From: Parcubacteria group bacterium
GTDB taxonomy: Bacteria > Patescibacteriota > Minisyncoccia > Moranbacterales > UBA2206
NCBI GenBank assembly: GCA_041674205.1
Contig: JBAYWF010000005.1
Location: forward strand, 15,865-79,864
DNA: 64,000 nucleotides
Direction of reading: 5' to 3'
A program made the translations under genes and the position numbers. This document shows positions 30,807-39,809 of this stretch, piece by piece (the first letter of the stretch is position 1; every line of letters begins with the position of its first letter). Under the pieces are notes generated by a model. The model ran no database searches and was not told the origin of the DNA. It saw nothing but the letters and a program-made list of their open reading frames with translations.

Positions 30807-30986
30807 TTATTTGATCGTAATCGCGCTGACCGGGCAGCTATCAGCCGCCTCCTGGCAATCGCAATCTCCACACTCATCCGTCAAGACGTGCGACTTACCA
30901 TCCTCGATTTTAAAGACTGACGGGCAAAGCGACTCGCAAGTTCCGCACCCGATACACAATTCATCGTTTACAACTGCTTTTGACAT
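30807..30986 (-). CDS. Ferredoxin
   Basis: CIGCGTCESLCP...SCPVSAI. Confidence 0.9.
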   Translation of the reverse strand: MSKAVVNDELCIGCGTCESLCPSVFKIEDGKSHVLTDECGDCDCQEAADSCPVSAITIK

Positions 30987-31071
30987 CTTTTTGTTTATCC
31001 GCTTAAGTTTCCGCAAAGCTGGGCTTTTTCGGATCGGCTTAATTGGATTGTTTTAATTTTAATTAATAACC

Positions 31072-32127
31072 CTATTGAAACATCACTGATATGTCGCCAG
31101 CTGAGTTCTTATCCAGATTTTTTTCGAATTCATCCATCTCAGCGTCTTTGAACCTGACCGATCCCGTTTCCTTATCCCAATAATAATCCTTGAGCAACAA
31201 ACGGACATCCATATCTTTTTCTTGCTCCAGCAGCCAATCGGCAAAGCTTTTTGTCCGCACCATAATCTGCCTGATTTTCACCTTATCGACACCGTCTTCG
31301 GTCTTCTTATCGTCAATCCGGATGAGATGGAATCCGATCGGACTTTCAATCACATCACTATGATCGCCTTTTTTCATCATAAAAGCCGATATGGCGATTT
31401 CCGGCATCATCTGATCGGCTGTAAACCAACCCAAATCCCCTCCGTCTTTCGCGCTATCCCCTTCGGAATATTTTTCAGCCACTTCGGCGAAATCCTTGCC
31501 ACTATCGACCGCTTTCCGCGCTTCAGATATTTTAGCTTCAGCTTTCACGAAATCGCCCTCCGTCGCTCTCCAACTCTTATCCAATTCATCCCGATACATA
31601 TCCGGCTTAACGATTTTTTCTTTGAATTCCTCGATATTCCAACCATACAAGCCATCTAGGGTTTTTTCGACTTCCGAACCGTTCCCATAGCGGTCCATTT
31701 CTCTTTGTACATTTTGCGAAGCCATTTCTTTCGTTATGGTTATGCCGCGCCCGGCAGCCAAATGCTCGATTATCCGATCCTCGATCAATTTATTGAAAAT
31801 ATCCTTCTCTTTTATCTTCAATCTTTTTTGTCCATCCCCGGTCGTAAAATCAACCCTAAGGCCGATGTCGGAAAAATCTTGGCTTTCATAAAAACGCTTG
31901 ACCGCGCTGAGATTCCCGTCCAGTTCCCGCACGCTCACAAAAGCGCCCCGGCCGACAACGGCTGCCGGGAAAGGCAGATATCTGACCGCGCCATCCACCA
32001 AAAAATTACGCTTCCCGAATCCATACAGAAAAACGCAGATAACCATCACATAAACCAACGCTATGACCAAAAAGGCATAGGCGATCGTCCGGGGTTTTAT
32101 TTTTTTTTCCACCTTGGCTTTCTTCAT
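31072..32127 (-). CDS. SurA/PrsA-type parvulin PPIase foldase
   Basis: FAEVAEKYSE..SAKDGGDLGWF, SPIGFHLI. Confidence 0.88.
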   Translation of the reverse strand: MKKAKVEKKIKPRTIAYAFLVIALVYVMVICVFLYGFGKRNFLVDGAVRYLPFPAAVVGRGAFVSVRELDGNLSAVKRFYESQDFSDIGLRVDFTTGDGQKRLKIKEKDIFNKLIEDRIIEHLAAGRGITITKEMASQNVQREMDRYGNGSEVEKTLDGLYGWNIEEFKEKIVKPDMYRDELDKSWRATEGDFVKAEAKISEARKAVDSGKDFAEVAEKYSEGDSAKDGGDLGWFTADQMMPEIAISAFMMKKGDHSDVIESPIGFHLIRIDDKKTEDGVDKVKIRQIMVRTKSFADWLLEQEKDMDVRLLLKDYYWDKETGSVRFKDAEMDEFEKNLDKNSAGDISVMFQ

Positions 32128-32173
32128 ATCTTATTATTCCAATCGATCATCATTTCGGAACCATCCGCCGGAA

Positions 32174-32575
32174 TCAATATTTGAAAAAATAGTTCCACCA
32201 TTTCATATGGTTAGCGACTACCACTTTGACTTCGGGTTTTTCCACTTGAACCGACGGCTCAGCGGGAATTTCTTTCGTTGCCATTCCTGGCTTCACGATT
32301 ATCACCTGCTCATCAGGACTTTTCAAATTCAACTTATCCTTAGCTTCCATCTCCATATAGTCCTTGCTTTGGAAATAGGCGATCTTGTCCTGGATAATGG
32401 AATTTTTTTTACTGATTTTGTCCGCTTCTTCCCGTAACCGGTCGATTTCAGCTTGTATCTGATTTTTTTTAATCGTCTCCTTATAAATCGCCGTACCGAC
32501 GAAAATCAGGATGACGGCTCCGGACAATAATCCGATTTTCACGCTTATGGAACTATACCAGCTCTTATTACCCAT
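32174..32575 (-). CDS. Septum formation initiator (FtsB/DivIC family)
   Basis: TM + coiled coil + EAKDKLNLKSPDEQVI. Confidence 0.85.
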   Translation of the reverse strand: MGNKSWYSSISVKIGLLSGAVILIFVGTAIYKETIKKNQIQAEIDRLREEADKISKKNSIIQDKIAYFQSKDYMEMEAKDKLNLKSPDEQVIIVKPGMATKEIPAEPSVQVEKPEVKVVVANHMKWWNYFFKY

Positions 32576-32598
32576 AATTTCCAAAAGTTATCGGGCTA

Positions 32599-32712
32599 TT
32601 ACGTATATAATAAAGCCGGAGCGATCGTGAATCCGACCATTGCCAAAACAGCCAATATGGAAATCATCACCCATATCATATGCATTCTCTTATTTCTTTT
32701 TTTGATGCTCAT
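32599..32712 (-). CDS. 37-aa small membrane protein (DUF4044-like), not in ORF track
   Basis: MSIKKRNKRMHMIWVMISILAVLAMVGFTIAPALLYT; TGCTAAGAT -10 box 5 nt upstream (leaderless-like). Confidence 0.6.
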   Translation of the reverse strand: MSIKKRNKRMHMIWVMISILAVLAMVGFTIAPALLYT

Positions 32713-32785
32713 AGGGTTATCTTAGCAAATTTTTACCATCCGGACAATATCGGCAAAAACCATATTATCGGGATAACGCCTTTTC

Positions 32786-33277
32786 CTAAACGATTTCTTT
32801 GAATTTATCCTTTGGCGCCCCGCAAACCGGACATTTTTCAGGTTTCGCGCCGATTTCTACGTGGCCGCAAACCCCGCAAACATAATATGTCTGCTCGGCG
32901 ATATCGCCTTCTTGGGCCAAAGCCTCCTGGAAAAGTTTGGCGTGCTCTTTTTCGATTTCATTGGCCCGCTGGAAACTGAGAACAGCCGCGCCTTCCCCTT
33001 CCGACTGAGCCTCTTCGATAAATCGCGGATACATCTCGGTGAACTCATGCGTCTCGCCATCGATAGCCGCTTGCAAATTAGCTTTGGAATCGCCGACTCC
33101 GCCCAGGACAGCCAGATGCCCGAGCGCGTGGATCGTCTCGCCTTCCGCCGCCACGCGGAAAAGCTGCGCCAAACCTTTTTGCCCATCCGTTTCCGCTTTT
33201 TTAGCGAAGGCCAGATATTTACGATTAGCCTGTGATTCGCCCGCGAAAGCCGCCTGCAAATTTTCTGCTGTTTTCAT
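32786..33277 (-). CDS. rbr: Rubrerythrin
   Basis: AFAGESQANRKY, ETIHA, EKEH, CGVCGH...CPVCGA. Confidence 0.93.
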   Translation of the reverse strand: MKTAENLQAAFAGESQANRKYLAFAKKAETDGQKGLAQLFRVAAEGETIHALGHLAVLGGVGDSKANLQAAIDGETHEFTEMYPRFIEEAQSEGEGAAVLSFQRANEIEKEHAKLFQEALAQEGDIAEQTYYVCGVCGHVEIGAKPEKCPVCGAPKDKFKEIV

Positions 33278-33336
33278 TTTATTTTCGCTTAATAATTACT
33301 TTCCATACTACAATCTTCACTGTCCGATATTCTTTT

Positions 33337-34080
33337 TCAGAACAGTTTGTTCGGATTCAAATATGAATCCAAAGTATAAATCCAGTTTTCATCATTTTCG
33401 ATGCCTTGCTCGCGGGCCATGACTTTCTGGTTGAACAGCCAATTCAAATAGCCCGCGTCTTTCTTGGCCACTTCACTCACCTTCTCGCCGTTATATTTCC
33501 CGAAGTTGAACTTCTTGATCAAAATCGGCCTGGCCGAGATTTCCAGCATCCGCTCCAGCACCTTTTCTTCACTTCCCGATTCCGCCAGCATTTTTTGGAA
33601 ATAATACTCGAACAACCTTTCCAAAACCCGCACGTCGCCCAGCGCGTCGTGGGCCGGGGCGTTTTCCACTTCCAAATCGAAATAGTAGCGCAGATATTGC
33701 AAGTTGTATTTGGGAATTTCCCCGTCCACGTCCAAATCCTGGGCCACTTTATAGGTATCAATAGTCTTTTTGACTTCGACTTGCTCGCGGCGCAGCATTT
33801 CCGCGTCAAACGCGGCGTTATGGGCCACCAAAATATTGCCAGCTGCAAACAGGACCTGCAAATCTTTTTTCATTTGCGAATCAGCGAAAGGTTCTTTGTC
33901 CGCCACCATTTTATTGGTGATGTGAGCCACCGCCATCGCCTCGATTTCGATCGGCACCGGCGGCTTGAAAAGCGACTCGGATTCCGTGCCGTTGAATTTA
34001 TAGGCGACCTGGCACAAGCGTCCGTCCGCTCCGATGCCGGTCGTTTCGGTATCCAAAAAAACCAGGTTGTTTTTTTCCAT
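33337..34080 (-). CDS. DEDDh 3'-5' exonuclease (DnaQ/ExoX-like) with C-terminal DUF3820-like domain
   Basis: DTETTG, AHNAAFD, HDALGD, FGKYNGE. Confidence 0.88.
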   Translation of the reverse strand: MEKNNLVFLDTETTGIGADGRLCQVAYKFNGTESESLFKPPVPIEIEAMAVAHITNKMVADKEPFADSQMKKDLQVLFAAGNILVAHNAAFDAEMLRREQVEVKKTIDTYKVAQDLDVDGEIPKYNLQYLRYYFDLEVENAPAHDALGDVRVLERLFEYYFQKMLAESGSEEKVLERMLEISARPILIKKFNFGKYNGEKVSEVAKKDAGYLNWLFNQKVMAREQGIENDENWIYTLDSYLNPNKLF

Positions 34081-34088
34081 ATTTATTT

Positions 34089-34337
34089 TTATCCGTTTGA
34101 ATTGATTAGTTCCAACTTCTTTTCCCGGAACATTTTTTTGACGCGCGCTTCTTCCTTGGACGCGGCTGAACGGTTTTTGAATTTTTTAGAATAGACCAGT
34201 CTGACCGGCCGGCGCGCGCTGGTATATTTAGCTCCCAGTTTGGAATCGTTATGCTCCGCGATCCGGCGTTCCAAATCGACCGTGATGCCGGTATAGATGG
34301 TTCCGTCCCGGCAGATAAGCATATATAAATAATACAT
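34089..34337 (-). CDS. GIY-YIG nuclease (UPF0213)
   Basis: YYLYML..DGTIYTGIT, GAKYT..RRPV. Confidence 0.9.
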   Translation of the reverse strand: MYYLYMLICRDGTIYTGITVDLERRIAEHNDSKLGAKYTSARRPVRLVYSKKFKNRSAASKEEARVKKMFREKKLELINSNG

Positions 34338-34413
34338 AATAGCACCCGCTCTACCCAGGCAAATTAACTCCTTTCATCTTAGCACAAAAAAACGACCCGG
34401 CCAAAACCGAAGA

Positions 34414-34441
34414 TTGACAAAATTCCTGTTTGTGCTAAAAT
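34414..34441 (+). promoter_or_regulatory. sigma70-type promoter
   Basis: TTGACA-16-TAAAAT with extended TG. Confidence 0.7.
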
Positions 34442-34494
34442 AAATCGCTGGTTTACATATAAGAATTTTAAAAAAATTCCAGGAGGGTGTCCTT

Positions 34495-34710
34495 ATGGAA
34501 GTCAACTCGAGTATATTGGTAAAAAAGACTCTTCGGAACAAAACTGCCATAACGCTGGTAGCGATGGTGGATAGGATATTCGCGGATATCCACGCCCAAA
34601 ACATTCCACTGACCGAAGAGGAAGGAAGTATCTTCCTTGATGCGATATTATTCCATAGCCACGATTTGTGGCCAAAATACCCTCCCCAGCGGAAAACACT
34701 GAAAAGCTAA
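34495..34710 (+). CDS. Orphan 71-aa protein (SD-led cassette)
   Basis: AGGAGG SD, own promoter and terminator. Confidence 0.7.
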   Translation: MEVNSSILVKKTLRNKTAITLVAMVDRIFADIHAQNIPLTEEEGSIFLDAILFHSHDLWPKYPPQRKTLKS

Positions 34711-34727
34711 AAAACCTTCCGCCACCG

Positions 34728-34768
34728 ACAGGGACAGACATAGTTTATGTTTGTCCCTGTTTTAATTT
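34728..34768 (+). terminator. Intrinsic terminator
   Basis: ACAGGGACAGACATA-gtt-TATGTTTGTCCCTGT-TTTAATTT. Confidence 0.8.
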
Positions 34769-34795
34769 CAAATCAAAAGCCTGGATTTTTACCAT

Positions 34796-35158
34796 CTAAA
34801 CTTCTTCCAGCATCAAAATCCTTTTCTTGAATCCGCCCCTTTCTTCCGCCTTGGCTTGTTTGATTTTCATGATTTCTTCCCAACTCAAACCGTTCAATTC
34901 CAAAAGGCTATCCAAAATCTCCATCACATCCGCGACCTCTTCCGCCAAATGTTCGCGCCCTTCCGCGTGCGCCAATTCATATGCCTCTTCCTCGACTTTC
35001 TTGAGCAGGAATTCCAAATATTCCTGATCGCCCTCCAGGATCCGCGTCTTGACTTCCTTGCCGGTTTTTTGCCCTACAACTTCCGGAATGTTGTCGCGCA
35101 CCAGTTTCGGATATATTTTTTCTTTGGCCAAATTAGTTTCGAAATGTTCCAATTCCAT
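34796..35158 (-). CDS. All-alpha NTP pyrophosphohydrolase (MazG / PRA-PH-like)
   Basis: KLVRDNIPE, KVEEEAYE, EEVADVME, KAEERGGF. Confidence 0.88.
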   Translation of the reverse strand: MELEHFETNLAKEKIYPKLVRDNIPEVVGQKTGKEVKTRILEGDQEYLEFLLKKVEEEAYELAHAEGREHLAEEVADVMEILDSLLELNGLSWEEIMKIKQAKAEERGGFKKRILMLEEV

Positions 35159-35184
35159 ATTTTTTTTAAAAAAATCTATTACCC

Positions 35185-35895
35185 TCAAAATTTAACATCG
35201 TATGATTTGAGCAACGTCCTTATTTCTTCAGCATCCTTGTCTTCCTGAATCTTGGTCTGTTCATTTTTTATCTGCTTGACCCTTTTCCAGGTTATGCCGT
35301 TAATTTTCAAAATCACACCGATCAATTTGACGATATCCGCGATTATTTCTTTCAATGTTTCCACGTCATAAGCCTTATCCAGGATATTGGTTTTTATCAC
35401 CATTTTTTTCAGCAGATTTACGAATCCGCTAGCCAAGTCATTCGCACCCAGATCCACGCTTACGCTTGATTGTTTGTCCTTCGTCAATCTGATCGACATC
35501 CAATCCAATCCGTTATTTTTCAAAACCTCGGTCAAAAGTTCGGCCAGTTTGGAAAGTTTCATAGCCAAATCTTCCTCGCCTTTGACTTCCAGCATATCCG
35601 CCGCCACTTGTTGGATATCTTTATATAAAATTTCCAAGTGCTTAACCTTGTCCCTTAATTGCTCCGCTTCGTCCATTTTTCCATCCGAATGTTCCTGGCC
35701 ATCGGCATACGAAACCAAGACGAATTTACCATCCGGGTCACCATCCTTTTCGGATGCGGGGCCCTGATATTCCACCAACTTATAATGTCCGGCCTTATCC
35801 GCGGATGGCGGCCTATTATGTCCCAGCAATTTAGCGCCTTCATCCTGTTTTGGCGATCCCTGATCGGACCAGATTTCCATTCCTTTAAAACCCAT
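35185..35895 (-). CDS. Hypothetical protein with two degenerate MazG-like helical repeats
   Basis: LKNNGLDW and IADIV..LKINGITW segments resemble the neighbouring gene. Confidence 0.6.
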   Translation of the reverse strand: MGFKGMEIWSDQGSPKQDEGAKLLGHNRPPSADKAGHYKLVEYQGPASEKDGDPDGKFVLVSYADGQEHSDGKMDEAEQLRDKVKHLEILYKDIQQVAADMLEVKGEEDLAMKLSKLAELLTEVLKNNGLDWMSIRLTKDKQSSVSVDLGANDLASGFVNLLKKMVIKTNILDKAYDVETLKEIIADIVKLIGVILKINGITWKRVKQIKNEQTKIQEDKDAEEIRTLLKSYDVKF

Positions 35896-35915
35896 AGATT
35901 CAAATTAATTTTTTA

Positions 35916-36632
35916 TCAAACCGATGCCTGCTTCACCATCCGCATTTTCAAAATGAGGAAATTAGGATGTTGTTCGACTTTTATGAATTCGACTTTTTTG
36001 GCGCTTAGCGCGTCAAAGCCGTCCCCGTCGACCAAGGTCGCCGTATTCCGCCCGCCTAGGATCAAATTGCCGATTTTCAAATCGATCTCATCGACGCAAT
36101 CCTTTTCCAGAAGAGAGGAAATCAATTCTCCCCCGCCCTCGACCAACAGGGATTTGACGCCGGCCGCCGACAAAATTTCCAAAGCTTTTTCAATATCGAC
36201 CCTGTCTCCCGCCATTACGTGCACCGTCGCCTTCCCCTCCAATTCCTTTATTTTTCCGGCCGAAGTCTTGGCGGTCGTAAAAACGATTTTCTTTCCCTCG
36301 CCTTTGTCGAAAAAATCCCCGGAAACATTGAGATCGTCGGCGTCGGATATGGCGACGATTTTCATCGGCTCGGCGGTCCTGCACAAAGCGATCCTTTTTT
36401 GCCTGCGTTCATCCGTCTTGACCGTCAATCCGGAATCATCCAACCGGAGCGTATTGCCGCCGATCATCACCGCGTCCGCTTCGACCCGGTGATCATAGAG
36501 CATCTCGCGGTCATCGCACGACGAAATCGCCGAGCATTCCCTCTTGTAGTTGCTTATCTTGCCATCTACCGACATCCCCGAACAGATAGTCACGAACGGA
36601 CGCCGCGGTTTTTCGCCTGCATTTTTGTCCAT
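35916..36632 (-). CDS. RibD C-terminal-like pyrimidine reductase (DHFR fold)
   Basis: MSVDGKI, DAVMIGGNT, LLVEGGG. Confidence 0.85.
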   Translation of the reverse strand: MDKNAGEKPRRPFVTICSGMSVDGKISNYKRECSAISSCDDREMLYDHRVEADAVMIGGNTLRLDDSGLTVKTDERRQKRIALCRTAEPMKIVAISDADDLNVSGDFFDKGEGKKIVFTTAKTSAGKIKELEGKATVHVMAGDRVDIEKALEILSAAGVKSLLVEGGGELISSLLEKDCVDEIDLKIGNLILGGRNTATLVDGDGFDALSAKKVEFIKVEQHPNFLILKMRMVKQASV

Positions 36633-36860
36633 AATATTTATCGATAAAAAACGGATTATGCCTTGGCAACGCTCAGCCTGTAAATTTCCGGCGCCCCTCC
36701 CAAATCGCTTGTTTGACCAAAACGGTCTAGGTTTATTTTAGCACGAAAACCAGCCTGGTGGAAATCGATTTTTTGCCGATTTTTTACACAAAAGGAATAT
36801 CCGCTAGATATTTACGGCGTGAGGAGGCGGTCTGTATCGGAAACAGAGTTGATGGATTTT

Positions 36861-37556
36861 TCATATCAAACCGATCAGGACGATTCCCGCTTCGACGGTT
36901 TCCGGCTTGTCGCGCCGATAGGAAAACAGATCCGGGTCGGAGTAAGTGCAATGGCCGGTATCTTCGATGTTACCAGTCGGAACCCCTTGGCTGGAAATCT
37001 TGCCTTTGGCGATACCTTTCAAATCCACGAAATATTTCCCATCTTTTTTTTCTATATGGTCCGCGTAATCCTTGAAATTGCCAAGAACGTCTTCCTTGAT
37101 TTCGAAATGGCATTTTTCAATAGCCGGACCGATTGCCACATGAAGGTTCTCCGGCGAACCGCCGAGTGCCGAAATTTCCGCGATCGTATTTTCAACGACG
37201 CCAGCCAAAAGTCCGCGCCAGCCGGCGTGCGCGATGCCGACGATCCCCCGCTTGTTTTCATAAAACAAAATAGGCAAACAATCCGCTACCGTAACTGAAA
37301 GAAAGCGGTTTTTCCCTATCGCAACCAAAGCATCCGTATCGGAAAAAATCAGCGGACTATCCGTCGAAACTTTTCGCACATTGCTCGAATGGGTCAAATC
37401 AGCGCTAAAAACCTGATTTTCCCCAATGCCTATTTTAGCGAAAAATCCGTTCCGATTGCCGTCATTCTCCCCGCCCGGCAGAAGCTTCATCGAGCCGTCC
37501 GCCTTTTCCGACATGACCGCTTTGATTTCCGGAAATTTTTTGAAAAATCCGATCAT
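36861..37556 (-). CDS. pgeF: YfiH/PgeF laccase-domain protein
   Basis: TVADCLPI, AHAGWRG, IGPAI, FSYRR. Confidence 0.88.
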   Translation of the reverse strand: MIGFFKKFPEIKAVMSEKADGSMKLLPGGENDGNRNGFFAKIGIGENQVFSADLTHSSNVRKVSTDSPLIFSDTDALVAIGKNRFLSVTVADCLPILFYENKRGIVGIAHAGWRGLLAGVVENTIAEISALGGSPENLHVAIGPAIEKCHFEIKEDVLGNFKDYADHIEKKDGKYFVDLKGIAKGKISSQGVPTGNIEDTGHCTYSDPDLFSYRRDKPETVEAGIVLIGLI

Positions 37557-38062
37557 TATATTTTTCTAATCCCTAACAAGCTTCGGGTATGGAATTTTAC
37601 GGCGCAACCTTCGAATTTGACTTCCAACTCCGGATTTTCCTCCCTGTCATACGCATCCAAATCAAAATCGATATCGCCGTGCTTTTCTCGGAATTCCGGA
37701 AGCGCCGCCTTGGTCACGAACTCGGCGTGCTCCAATCCGTTCTTGTGTTTGTTGTTTTCCTTAGGCGCCAACAATTCGATGCCCGCGATTGAAAATCTTC
37801 CATATTCAATCGGTGTTTCCAAGCGGCAAACGAAAACCGATCTGCCATTGAACATCTTTTCATCATACTTCTTAGCGAAGCCGGCCATTTTGCTTTTCAC
37901 TTCTTCATATTTTTCCATGCTGTCCGTCCGGTACGCGATGTAGTCCAATTCCGCAAATTCATCCAAGAAAAAACCGGACTTTTCCAAATTTTGGAAAACC
38001 CCATCCAAAAAAAATCCGTAGTCGCCCAGGACATATTCGATTTTCTGTGATAAATCTTCCAT
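37556..38062 (-). CDS. VOC family protein (YecM-like)
   Basis: DYIAYRT, NGR, ELLAPK, GLEHAEFV, VKFH. Confidence 0.8.
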   Translation of the reverse strand: MEDLSQKIEYVLGDYGFFLDGVFQNLEKSGFFLDEFAELDYIAYRTDSMEKYEEVKSKMAGFAKKYDEKMFNGRSVFVCRLETPIEYGRFSIAGIELLAPKENNKHKNGLEHAEFVTKAALPEFREKHGDIDFDLDAYDREENPELEVKFEGCAVKFHTRSLLGIRKI

Positions 38063-38091
38063 AAGTATGAACGCCGTCTTGCAAAATGGCT

Positions 38092-38464
38092 TTATTTATT
38101 TTCTGCAATATTCCTGTTCCAAGCCTCTATATTTATTGCCATATACATAATAGGCTTATTTCTAATGGCGTCCTCCGTACAATTATTTATTTTCATTATC
38201 AATTCATGGTCATCATAATCCCGCACCGCTCCCATTTCATAACGGATTTTCTCTTCATCGAACAATCCTGGTTTTTCCGTTTTTAGTCCATTTAATTTCC
38301 CCATAAGCCAAAGATATTTCTTCACGTTTAAAACAACCTTGGACTCTTTATTGTTTTTCTGGGATTTATCCGGCCCTGTTTTTTCACCCTTCCATCCGCC
38401 AGTAAATCCAATATTTTTTCACCCACATTTTTATTTTATTCAATTCAATGTTTTCCTCTTCCAT
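38092..38464 (-). pseudogene. Probable frameshifted hypothetical gene
   Basis: ATG at 38464 behind a TATAAT box stops after 26 codons; protein-like 77-aa frame continues at 38325-38092. Confidence 0.35.
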
Positions 38465-38540
38465 TTCTCTTATTATACAACCTTTCCGTAAATCCGCCTT
38501 GCTGTCCAATTTGTCATACCTTGATTGTAGCATAAAATAA

Positions 38541-38572
38541 AAAAGGGCGGATACTCAAAGGAGGATCCGCCC
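38541..38572 (-). terminator. Intrinsic terminator
   Basis: GGGCGGAT...ATCCGCCC + T-tract (minus). Confidence 0.8.
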
Positions 38573-38606
38573 GTTTGCGCTTCATACGGCGCCAAGACTG
38601 CAAACT

Positions 38607-38990
38607 TCATTCATGCATGCCTTTCAAAAAACGCTCGCGGATCCTGGCATAATCACAATTGATCTCCCTCGGATCCAACGGTTCAACCTCCATTAAATCA
38701 GGAAGCTCGTATGGATGGACCATCATAACCGCTTCATCACTGTATCCTATTTTGAAATGCTTGGATTTGGACTTTTCAGGATTATCGCTTCCAAAAACCT
38801 CAGAAAAAGTTTTTATCCCATAGGCGCACAATCTTCCATTGATAAGAAAATGCCTCCCGCAAGAATTGCAAACACACTCTTTCGGATTGTGGTAATATCC
38901 GGCGTTATCACGCACCAAGGGGACATCTTGAACCGTGTTACATCTTTCGCATAATATGTTCACTGAACGCATCAAAAATCCTTCCGCCAT
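38607..38990 (-). CDS. Orphan Zn-ribbon protein (CxxC...CxxC), SD-led
   Basis: CERC and CNSC; GGAGGT upstream of ATG 38990. Confidence 0.7.
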   Translation of the reverse strand: MAEGFLMRSVNILCERCNTVQDVPLVRDNAGYYHNPKECVCNSCGRHFLINGRLCAYGIKTFSEVFGSDNPEKSKSKHFKIGYSDEAVMMVHPYELPDLMEVEPLDPREINCDYARIRERFLKGMHE

Positions 38991-39137
38991 AAAAATACCT
39001 CCATCATTGGGTTTATATCCGCACAAGAAACTTATCATTTCCCATTCCATATCAAAGAACGATTCTATGCTATGACAAATGTCGGTTTATGGCAAGTTTC
39101 AGTTTTGGCCGAGGACCGTCCTCGCTATACATACGAT

Positions 39138-39172
39138 AAAAGCGGGCGGATTCTCTGCTAAGAATCCGCCCG
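39138..39172 (-). terminator. Intrinsic terminator
   Basis: CGGGCGGATTCT...AGAATCCGCCCG + T-tract (minus). Confidence 0.8.
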
Positions 39173-39228
39173 TCCGCGCTTTATGCGCCTTTCATTTACT
39201 GACTGACCATTTCCGGATCAGCAATGCG

Positions 39229-39468
39229 TTACCAGTCCCAGCTAATAGCTGAATGTCTGCCGTAAACTGATTCGCGGTCCGTTTTCTTCTCCGCTTGTTT
39301 CACTTTTGCTTGTTTTTTCAAGGCCTTTTCCTTGCCTTGATTCAACATTTTCATATCCCGCGCCCGACGATACGACGCGGTTTTTCCAGCCTTGACTATC
39401 TCGCTGGTCTGGTTGCAACGGAACTTTCTGCCACTCAACGGTTTAAACGTAGTTTTTTCCCGCGGCAT
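39229..39468 (-). CDS. Orphan basic 79-aa protein, SD-led
   Basis: AAGGAGG upstream of ATG 39468; Lys/Arg-rich. Confidence 0.7.
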   Translation of the reverse strand: MPREKTTFKPLSGRKFRCNQTSEIVKAGKTASYRRARDMKMLNQGKEKALKKQAKVKQAEKKTDRESVYGRHSAISWDW

Positions 39469-39809
39469 CTCTTCCTCCTTTGGCACAATGGCCTTTTTAG
39501 CTTGAAATAAAAACACATCCGAAATAACATCAGATATAAACTAATATAGAATATGCCATAAGTCAATTTTTCGATTAAAAAAGTAGGCTTCCCTACTTTT
39601 TATAATATTGCGTCTGAAGACCAATCCGCTTAGCCTCTGCCAACCTGCTTTTCAAATGATGCCAGAAAATTATCCAGCCACAGCTTATTTATTTAATACT
39701 TACTTTAATACGTATTAAATTGCTTACCCCCGGCAGGAACTTTCGATGGGAAAATAGTTCGTACATTCATCCCGGCTGAAGTTAGAAAAATTGTTTTTAT
39801 GGATTTTTA

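Noticed and set aside
34089-34337. Homing endonuclease or mobile intron
   Set aside because: Stand-alone 82-aa UPF0213-type GIY-YIG with no DNA-binding tail and no interrupted host gene
38556-38568. GGATCCTCCTTT (minus strand) resembling the 16S anti-SD tail inside a terminator
   Set aside because: Single imperfect occurrence, partly forced by stem symmetry, and absent from the sister hairpin
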